NCBI GenBank assembly: GCA_965262985.1
Contig: OZ253576.1
Location: 1,031,806-1,095,805, forward strand
Direction of reading: 5' to 3'
Length of the DNA: 64,000 nucleotides
From: Vicinamibacterales bacterium
GTDB lineage: Bacteria > Acidobacteriota > Vicinamibacteria > Vicinamibacterales > UBA8438
How positions within the stretch are numbered: the first letter of the stretch is position 1; each line of letters opens with the position of its first letter. The position numbers and the translations under genes are program-made. Of this stretch, positions 56,962-64,000 are shown in pieces. Under the pieces are notes generated by a model. It worked only from the letters and a program-made list of their open reading frames with translations, did no database searches and was not told where the DNA came from.

Positions 56962-58366
56962 GACGGTCCGCGCCGCGGTCGAGCACGCGTCGGGAAGCGT
57001 CCGGGGCGGCGTGTGTCGGCCGACCGCCCTCGACCCCTACCTGCCGTTCATTCGCGACACCCTGGCCCAGTACCCCCGGCTGCGCGCCACCCGCATCCAC
57101 GAGATGGTCCGCCAGCGCGGCTACCCGGGCTCGGTCATCCAGGTCCGCCGCCTCGTGCGGCGCCTGCGGCCCGAGTCCACCCGCACCGTCTACCGCCGCG
57201 TCGTCACCCTGGTGGGCGAGCAAGGTCAAGTGGACTGGGGCTCCTTCGGCAAGGTTCGCATCGGACACGGCACACGCGCCGTCTCCGGATTCGTCATGGT
57301 CCTCGGCTACTCGCGCGCCATCGCCGCCCTCTTCACCCTCGACCAGACCCTTGAGAGTTTCCTCCGCGGACACGTCGAGGCCTTCGAGGCCCTGGGCGGC
57401 ATCGCCCGCACGCTCGTCTACGACAACCTGCGCAGCGCTGTGCTCGACCGCCGCGGTACCGCCGTCCAGTTTCACCCCCGCCTGCTCGAGCTCGCCGGCC
57501 ACTACCACTTCGCGCCCCGCCCCTGCACGCCGGGACGCGGAAATGAGAAGGGAAAAATCGAGAGGCAGATCCAATACCTACGGCACGCCTTCTTCGCCGC
57601 CCGGCCCTTCCGCGACCTCGACGACCTCAACGCCCAGTTCCGACGCTGGCGCGACGAGGTCGCCCACCAACGACGCCACCCCGAGATGCCCGACCGCACC
57701 GTCGCCGACGTCTGGGCCGACGAGCAGCCCCGCCTCCTGCCGCTCCCCGCCCATCCCTTCGAGACCGACCTCGTGCGCGTCGTCCGCTCCGGCAAGACCC
57801 CCTACGTCCGCTTCGACCGCAATCTCTACTCCATCCCCCACACCCACGTCCGCAAGCCCCTGACCCTGCTCGCCAGCGACACCCGCGTCCGCATCCTCGA
57901 CCAGCAGACCGAGCTCGCCCGCCATCGCCGCACCTACGACACCGGACAGACCGTCGAGGACCCCGCGCATCTGGAAGGGTTGCTCGCCGCCACCCGCCAG
58001 GCCAACGTCCACACCACCCGCGACCGGCTCCGCGCCGCCGTCCCCGCCACCGCCACCCTCTTCGAACGGCTCGCAGAACGCGGGGAGGCGCTGCGACCGC
58101 ATGGCACCAGGCTGCTCGCGCTGCTCGACGACTACGGGCCGCAGGAACTCGCCGCCGCCGTCGACCACGCCCTCCAACGAGACGCCCTCGGCGCCGGCTC
58201 CATCACCCACATCCTCGAAACGCGCCGGCGACAGCGCGGACTCAAACCCCCGCTCCGGCTTACCTTGCCCGACCGCCCGGGACTGCGAGACCTCGACGTC
58301 CGGCCCCACGACCTGGAGACCTACGATGCCCTCGGACGACACACCCCCGACGACGCTGGCGACTGA
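56864..58366 (+). CDS. istA: IS21 transposase
   Basis: HTH, QGQVDWG, VYDNL, NEKGKIER DDE triad, VRFDRNLYSIP. AAGGAGG RBS. Confidence 0.95.
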   Translation: MITPAQRAEIRRLYYSEHWKLGTIAAQLGLHRETVRAAVEHASGSVRGGVCRPTALDPYLPFIRDTLAQYPRLRATRIHEMVRQRGYPGSVIQVRRLVRRLRPESTRTVYRRVVTLVGEQGQVDWGSFGKVRIGHGTRAVSGFVMVLGYSRAIAALFTLDQTLESFLRGHVEAFEALGGIARTLVYDNLRSAVLDRRGTAVQFHPRLLELAGHYHFAPRPCTPGRGNEKGKIERQIQYLRHAFFAARPFRDLDDLNAQFRRWRDEVAHQRRHPEMPDRTVADVWADEQPRLLPLPAHPFETDLVRVVRSGKTPYVRFDRNLYSIPHTHVRKPLTLLASDTRVRILDQQTELARHRRTYDTGQTVEDPAHLEGLLAATRQANVHTTRDRLRAAVPATATLFERLAERGEALRPHGTRLLALLDDYGPQELAAAVDHALQRDALGAGSITHILETRRRQRGLKPPLRLTLPDRPGLRDLDVRPHDLETYDALGRHTPDDAGD

Positions 58367-59153
58367 CCTCCGCCGACTCGGATGCCATCGCACCGCCGAC
58401 GACCTCAACGACCTCGTCGCCACAGCCACCCGCAAACGCTGGAGCACGACCGTGCTGCTCGAACACCTCGTCGCCGCCGAGCTCGAAGACCGACAGCGCC
58501 GCAGCGTCGAGCGCCGACTCACCTGCGCCCGATTGGGACGCTTCAAGCCCCTCGCCGACTGGGACTGGAACTGGCCGACCGCCCTCGACCGCCCCGTCCT
58601 CGAACGCATCCTCACCCTCGACTTCCTCGCCCGCGGCGAGAACGTCATCCTGGTCGGGGCCCAGGGCCTCGGCAAAACCATGCTCGCCAAGAACATCGCC
58701 CACCAGGCCATCCTCGCCGGACACTCCGCCCTCTTCACCACCGCCGCCGACCTCCTGCTCAACCTCAACGGACAGGAGACGGCCCGAGCCCTCGAACGAC
58801 GCCTCCGACACTACACGCGGCCATCACTACTCGTGGTCGATGAGGTAGGCTATCTCGCCTACGACGCACGGGCCGCCGACCTGCTCTTCCAACTCGTCAG
58901 CCGTCGTTACGAGCACCGCTCCCTGCTCATCACAACCAACCTGCCGTTCAAGCACTGGGACACCGTCTTCCCCAACGCCTCCTGCGCCGTCGCCCTGATC
59001 GACCGCCTGACTCACCACGTCGAGATCCTCCTCGTCGAAGGTCGGAGCTATCGCCGGCGCGAGGCCGAACTCACCCAGCAGCAGCGCAAACGACGACGTC
59101 CGCGCCGCAACGACTCGCCAGATGGGGACAACCCACCCCGTCGTCGTCAATGA
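58326..59153 (+). CDS. istB: IS21 helper AAA+ ATPase
   Basis: GAQGLGKT, LLVVDEVGY, RRYE..S..ITTN, DRLTHH, GRSYR. Confidence 0.95.
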   Translation: MPSDDTPPTTLATDLRRLGCHRTADDLNDLVATATRKRWSTTVLLEHLVAAELEDRQRRSVERRLTCARLGRFKPLADWDWNWPTALDRPVLERILTLDFLARGENVILVGAQGLGKTMLAKNIAHQAILAGHSALFTTAADLLLNLNGQETARALERRLRHYTRPSLLVVDEVGYLAYDARAADLLFQLVSRRYEHRSLLITTNLPFKHWDTVFPNASCAVALIDRLTHHVEILLVEGRSYRRREAELTQQQRKRRRPRRNDSPDGDNPPRRRQ

Positions 59154-59328
59154 ACCCGGTCGACAGCGGTGCAGAAAACGTCAGTTCCTGGAGATCGCCA
59201 ACAAGCAACCGCTCCTCGGCGGTCTCGGCCCAGCGCCACGCGAAGTCGTGCCGCTTCCCTCTCGCGCGCTGCCGCGCTTCGTGATCGTCAGCGCTCCTGA
59301 TACGCTACCTCGCAGGGTTGCCGTACCC

Positions 59329-59865
59329 ATGAAAACTCACGCGGCAGCGTTTTGCCTCGGCGTCTGGGTGATGGGTACGGTGTGTGTCAGCATCGTCGCG
59401 ATGCAGAACTTCTACACCATCGACCGGTTGCTCGACGGCCCGAGTCATGCGGCGTTCGCCGGCTTCGTCGAGGACGCGGGCCGGGAGCAGGCGCGGAACG
59501 TCCTGCGCTATCTGTCGTCGGAGTTGAACCGGCTGTTCTTCCAGCTCTGGAACGTGGCGCAACTCGGCATCGGCGGTGCGGTGCTCTGGCTGGTGTGGGG
59601 CCTGCGCGCGCCTGCCGCCGGGCGACTACGCTGGACGCTGATTGCGATGCTGGCGGTGGTGATCGTCCTTGCGGCCGGGATTACGCCGCAGATCCTCACC
59701 ATCGGCCGGAGCATCGACTTCGTGCCTCGCAACCCGCCGCCCCCGGCCGTCGCGACGTTCGGCGTACTGCACGCCGCGTACACCCTGCTCGAGCTGGCCA
59801 AGTGCGGCGCCGCGGCCGTGGCCGCGCTCTGGTTGGTCCGCCTGGGCCGCCCGCACGCGGCGTGA
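59329..59865 (+). CDS. Four-TM membrane protein (DUF4149/TMEM205-like)
   Basis: TM segments, LRYLSSELNR, FGVLHAAY. Confidence 0.75.
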   Translation: MKTHAAAFCLGVWVMGTVCVSIVAMQNFYTIDRLLDGPSHAAFAGFVEDAGREQARNVLRYLSSELNRLFFQLWNVAQLGIGGAVLWLVWGLRAPAAGRLRWTLIAMLAVVIVLAAGITPQILTIGRSIDFVPRNPPPPAVATFGVLHAAYTLLELAKCGAAAVAALWLVRLGRPHAA

Positions 59866-59878
59866 GAGGGCGCGTCCC

Positions 59879-60125
59879 TCACCCGACGATCGTCACCGTG
59901 CCCCGCGCCTGCGCCGGCGGCAGCACCTCCTCCAGGGTCTGCAACAGAGCTCCCTGCAGCGCGTGCCCGACGAAGACCATCGTTCCCTCGGGGTCGAGCA
60001 GCACGTAGGTGGGGTAGGCGATGATTCTGAATCGCTCCCGCACGAGGGAGTCCCCGTCCTCGGGACGGACCTCGGGCCAGTCCATCTCACGCTCCGCAAC
60101 GAACGCCCGGACCTCTCCCCGGCGA
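59879..60125 (-). pseudogene. C-terminal fragment of a TlpA/thioredoxin-like protein
   Basis: FV....MDWP, FRIIAYPTYVLLDPEG. CxxC region missing. Confidence 0.65.
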
Positions 60126-60274
60126 CGTTGTGTCGCCCCGAGGGGCAAAGGGCGTGGCGGATTGCACGGGTTGCTACATCGCGGGGGGTGGGCCGGCGGG
60201 TGGCGCGAGCACTGCAGGACAATCCGTTCCGACCGCCCGTTCCGACCCGTCCAGCCCGAAACGCCCGGTCGACC

Positions 60275-60985
60275 TTAACGGGAGACCGCCCGCTCCGCCC
60301 GAGTTGTCTCTCCCCGAAGTGTGCAGTTTTCGATTGCCATTGACACGCCGGGCTGTGATCCAACGAGCGGTCCCGGTAAAGCAAGCCGCACCGCACGCAG
60401 ACGTCGCCGCAGTTCGCCATCGACCGCGAGCCGTCCGCGGGGCGGCAACAGATTCCCTGGGACATCGAGCGGTACCGACAGCGGTATGGACACCCCACCC
60501 CCCGTCGCCGAGATGTCCGTGCCACACTTGCCAGATGTCTCCCCCGCCGAACCGCCCCGCGCGTCCGCACGCAACGCAACTTGCACAGTACGAGGTAGCC
60601 TGAACATTGCCCCGCTGAACGCATCAACGGAAAACACTATCGCCGGCCCAAGCAGAAGGCCATGGAACCCTTCCTGTCCCGCCCCCAACCCTGACGTGAC
60701 TGCATGCATCGCCGTCACAATTGCCCACGGACTCGTGGAACGACGAAGCTCGTGCTCCGCCGGAAAACATCCGTCCTTTTCCAGGCGGAGTCGATATGCG
60801 GACCGACGCCGACTCAAGGGGGCCACGACCGGAGTAACGCCCACTTCCTCGCCATCAACCATTACCCGGGCTCCCGGCGGGTCCGAGTGAATCCTCACGA
60901 GTGATGTCGAAGAACCTCGCAAGACCGTCGCGCAACCGCTCGAAGCTGCCAGCAGCGCACCCGCGGTCCTTGTTTGTCCTCTCAT
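60275..60985 (-). CDS. PEGA-domain lipoprotein-like protein (3' end probably disrupted)
   Basis: SGCAT lipobox-like motif, IHSDPPGARVMVDG...GVTP, VDAFSGAMF. The tail runs into an IS end. Confidence 0.6.
   Translation of the reverse strand: MRGQTRTAGALLAASSGCATVLRGSSTSLVRIHSDPPGARVMVDGEEVGVTPVVAPLSRRRSAYRLRLEKDGCFPAEHELRRSTSPWAIVTAMHAVTSGLGAGQEGFHGLLLGPAIVFSVDAFSGAMFRLPRTVQVALRADARGGSAGETSGKCGTDISATGGGVSIPLSVPLDVPGNLLPPRGRLAVDGELRRRLRAVRLALPGPLVGSQPGVSMAIENCTLRGETTRAERAVSR
60315..60345. mobile_element. Second orphan IS21-family end
   Basis: Reverse complement TGTCAATGGCAATCGAAAACTGCACACTT, typical of IS21 IRs. Confidence 0.6.
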
Positions 60986-61777
60986 CGCCCCCTCCATGGT
61001 CGTCGTGGCAACCAGCAAATCTCCTTCGCCGACGATGGTCCGTATCAACGTGCTCCCGGTCATCCCAACCTCGCTGTTCTTCGACCCGGCCCTCCCCTGG
61101 ACCCCCTCGCGCAGCACGTCCCCAGCCGACTTGAGCAGCGGGGCGCACCCGGATGCGCCGAGGAGCGAGCCCACGCGGACGAGCAGGCCCGGACGTGACC
61201 TGCGGTTCACGGGCGCCGGTGGCGGCGGTTCGCAATTGCTGCAGCTCATGCACCCACCATGACACCGGGCGCATCGAGTGTCTTGAACGAACCCTGAAGT
61301 TGGACTGAAGAGAATATGAGCGCGACGCCCCGGCCGCTATCTGGCGCGGTTGTCCAGCCGGGTCACGACGTCTGGGGTTTCGGCCTCGTCACCGTTGTCG
61401 GGATGGAGCACATGGGATGCCGCCAGACGATTGAAACCGGTCCCGACGGGAACACCTGCACGTACTTGAGCGGGCGCCCGGAAGACGGCCGACGTCAAGA
61501 ACGGCCGCTTGGGTTGCCTCGTGGTCCGCGGTACCGTGGCAGGTTCGCTCCACGCGGATAGTGGCATCGAGGAACTGGTCGGGGCCGAGTGGACAACCTA
61601 TTGAAAGATCACAGCCAGGAGTCTGCGCCGCAGAAGTTTGCGAAAGCGAAAATTCGATATCGCCATGGATTTCTTCACGCATTTGAGGAGCATAGCGGCA
61701 CTATGTGACGAAAAGGCGTGGTGAAAGCCATGAGTGAGAGCGGATTTGCAGCCGTAAACTTTCTGCGGCGCAGGCTC

Positions 61778-63031
61778 CTAGAAGCGCCGTGCCGCGTCGA
61801 ACTCGTCGTGCTCGAACGCCGACGCCATCCGGTCGATGTCCTGCCGGGCCGCACCCAGGCCGCGAGCGACGGCGCGCCACTGCGCAACCGCGTTCGCGAC
61901 CTCCTTCGCGATCATCCTCGCGTCGTTCAAGCCCAACCGGTAGTGCTCGGCGGTCTCCAGCGCCAGGTCGAGCGATGCCGTGGGATCGTCGTCGGCGATC
62001 GACGTGGAAAGCACCCGCGGCCGGATGTCGGCAGGCACCGGATTGAGATCGTAGGCGGGAGAAAGACGCCAGCCACGGTAGTCTTCGTACAGGAAGCCAT
62101 GGTTGCGGAGGTGGTCGTCGGTGTTCGAGATCAGTACGGTGAAGACGACGCGCCGCCACAACTGGTGCAGGTCCTGGGGTGCGGCCGCGCCGTGTCGCCG
62201 AAGGGCGTCGGCGATGTCCGGATACGAGCGGGGTTCACGGTCCGTCGCGCCGAGCATGCTCATCGCGGAGAGAAACGGGACGCGGTGACCAGCCCGGCGG
62301 TCAAAGCGTTGGACGATCAGCACGCGCTTGCCGGCGACCGTCTCGATCCGCCGCTCCGGCACGGCGATGCCGCTCGCTTTGGCAAGCGCAAGCGCAACGC
62401 CTTCCCAGAGCACGACGTTCAGCTCGTCCTGGGGGTGCGGGAACTTCGCGATGCAGAAACGGCCGTCCGTGTCCCGGACGGAAGCCTTCGGGCGCGCGCC
62501 GCCGAGTGAGGAGCCGGGACCGAGGAGAAGCCGCAGATCGTCGTCGTCTTCCGTATCGTCGGCGATGCGCTGCGCGCCAGCCAGCAGGCGCGGCAGCTCC
62601 ACGAGCGGTGGAATACGGGCAGAACCGGGTTCCGCCAGCAATGGACCGTTCGCTTCGGTAGAGAAACGAAGCGCCCCCTGCCGCGTCTCGTCGTCGACCA
62701 GCAGGAGGATGTCCGCCTCGGACAGAGCCCGTGGAGCGCGTCCCTCTCGCCGGGCGCGACGGCGTTCCGCGCGCCGCATCAGGAGGCGGCCCCAGCGGTC
62801 GGGCGTCGAATCGCCGATGGCGCCGAACAATGACCGTCCGGGTGCGGTGTGAAACGGACCGGGAGTCAGCGCCAGGGCCGGATCGAGGGCGAAGCGCTCC
62901 GGGTGATCGAGCCATCCGGGGTCGTACTCGAACGACGCGCTCTCCCGGCCCTTCCGGGTTCGCCACCACAGACGTCCGACGAAGACGGGCGTGCCATGGA
63001 GATCGACGGAAACGAGGATTTCCCTGTCCAT
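61778..63031 (-). CDS. hipA: HipA-family serine/threonine kinase toxin
   Basis: Couple_hipA N-domain (FEYD..W, DSTPDRWGR), GSSLGGARPKAS, RFDR, NTDDHLRNHGF, SPAYDLNP. Confidence 0.95.
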   Translation of the reverse strand: MDREILVSVDLHGTPVFVGRLWWRTRKGRESASFEYDPGWLDHPERFALDPALALTPGPFHTAPGRSLFGAIGDSTPDRWGRLLMRRAERRRARREGRAPRALSEADILLLVDDETRQGALRFSTEANGPLLAEPGSARIPPLVELPRLLAGAQRIADDTEDDDDLRLLLGPGSSLGGARPKASVRDTDGRFCIAKFPHPQDELNVVLWEGVALALAKASGIAVPERRIETVAGKRVLIVQRFDRRAGHRVPFLSAMSMLGATDREPRSYPDIADALRRHGAAAPQDLHQLWRRVVFTVLISNTDDHLRNHGFLYEDYRGWRLSPAYDLNPVPADIRPRVLSTSIADDDPTASLDLALETAEHYRLGLNDARMIAKEVANAVAQWRAVARGLGAARQDIDRMASAFEHDEFDAARRF

Positions 63032-63372
63032 CAGCCGCCTGTCGCAGGAGTGCGCCGGCGTCGAGCGCGGATGCGCTTGGGCAGCGCTTCCGCTTCGAGA
63101 TCCAGGCCGACCGCGTCGTTTCTCGGATCCGCCAGATCCGCGATGCGCTCCTCCAGGCCCAGCACGAACAACACCGTTGCGTAGACGCCGAGGGAGACGC
63201 CGGGGTCGCCCTTCTCGACCTTGTGCAGCGTCGTACGGCTGATCCCGGCGCGGTCCGCCATCGTCGCGGTTGGGATGCGGCGGCGGCGCCGGGCGTCGCG
63301 GACGTCCGCGCCGAGCCTGGCAAGGAGACGGAGCACGGGCAGGGGCAAGGCTCTGTTCCGTCGATCACTCAT
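63031..63372 (-). CDS. HipB-like XRE HTH antitoxin
   Basis: LG.DVRDARRRRRI....ADRAGISRTTL.KVEKGDPGVS. TGATG coupling to hipA. AT-rich promoter. Confidence 0.88.
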   Translation of the reverse strand: MSDRRNRALPLPVLRLLARLGADVRDARRRRRIPTATMADRAGISRTTLHKVEKGDPGVSLGVYATVLFVLGLEERIADLADPRNDAVGLDLEAEALPKRIRARRRRTPATGG

Positions 63373-63536
63373 AACGTCCAATATATATAACTTAATAGGT
63401 TTTAGTGTGTGTAAAACTGGATTTTAATGGATACCTCCTGGACATTGCGCCGCGCGCGTGTCCGCTTGGCGGGCCGTGGCAGGACCCGACGTGGGCTCGC
63501 CTGACCATGGGGTTGCTCAGCATCACCGGGGCACCC

Positions 63537-64000
63537 TCATCGCAACCACCTGTCGAGCCACTCGAGGACCGTCTCGTGCCACTGCATGCTGTTGTGGGGC
63601 TTCAGCACCCAGTGGTTCTCGTCGGGAAAGTAGAGCAGCCGGCTGGGTACCCCGCGCCGTTGCAGGGCGTTGAAGGTGGCGAGACCCTGTTCGAGCGGCA
63701 CGCGGTGGTCCTGCTGGCCGTGGATCACCAGCATCGGCGTGCGCCAATTTGCGACGTGCCGGGCTGGATTGTGCCTCTCGTGGCCCTCGGGATTGGCGTA
63801 GTACGGGCCGCCGTGCTCCCATTCCGGGAACCAGAGCTCTTCGGTCGAGTAGTACATCGAGCGCATGTCGAACACGCCGTCATGGTTCACCAGGCAGCGG
63901 AACCGGTCGGGCCAGTTGCCGGCAATCCAGTTGACCATGTAGCCGCCGTAGGAGGCGCCCAGCGCGCAGACGTTGTCGCCGTCCATCCAGTCGTAGCGTT
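63537..64000 (-). CDS. S9 family (prolyl oligopeptidase/dipeptidyl aminopeptidase) C-terminus, truncated by the window edge
   Basis: GASYGG nucleophile, IHGQQDHRV, FPDENHW. Confidence 0.92.
   Translation of the reverse strand, partial: RYDWMDGDNVCALGASYGGYMVNWIAGNWPDRFRCLVNHDGVFDMRSMYYSTEELWFPEWEHGGPYYANPEGHERHNPARHVANWRTPMLVIHGQQDHRVPLEQGLATFNALQRRGVPSRLLYFPDENHWVLKPHNSMQWHETVLEWLDRWLR

Larger units (their letters stand above)
56105..59203 (+). mobile_element. Complete IS21-family insertion sequence with accessory ORF
   Basis: TGT...ACA ends with imperfect IRs (TGTCAACGATCGCGAGATAGTGACAAATTCT vs TGTTGGCGATCTCCAGGAACTGACGTTTTCT). 5-bp TSD AGCAA at 56100-56104 and 59204-59208. Confidence 0.92.

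Noticed and set aside
61717-61728. cgtggtgaaagcc-like match to the MITE terminus (similar short match near 44665)
   Set aside because: Too short, with no partner terminus or internal module.
61250-61777. Lower-GC intergenic stretch with short ORFs
   Set aside because: No recognisable motif, codon bias or structure. Probably decayed foreign DNA.

Overview
High-GC bacterial window. Its gene content (TonB-dependent receptor with carboxypeptidase-regulatory domain, several PQQ/beta-propeller proteins, VWA/TPR proteins, DUF1592/DUF1552) suggests Acidobacteriota of the Vicinamibacteria type; this is inference. Core stretches include an M16 peptidase, lpxB, queG, yqgE/algH, rsgA, dinB, ettA, an ABC exporter, a TAXI-TRAP transporter, an FAD/Fe-S oxidoreductase with a class V aminotransferase, and two PQQ dehydrogenases. 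These alternate with two decayed accessory islands (about 22.1-26.7 kb and 52.1-63.4 kb) packed with toxin-antitoxin loci, gene fragments and IS remnants. Main highlights: (1) eight copies of a modular repeat family, with MITE-like terminal inverted repeats enclosing interchangeable modules, one being a GTAG-type REP present six times identically. One pair forms a perfect 55-bp direct repeat around an ankyrin + beta-propeller gene pair. (2) An intact IS21-family element (5-bp TSD AGCAA) with a Cys-rich accessory ORF and a 383-bp structured non-coding left end. (3) A P-loop nucleotide-kinase-like/Nudix fusion in the TA island, a candidate defence gene. (4) A VapC paired with an unusual DUF7662-like antitoxin. 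(5) Repeated leaderless-mRNA promoter signatures. No CRISPR array, rRNA or tRNA was recognised. All family calls come from motif recognition by eye, not database searches.
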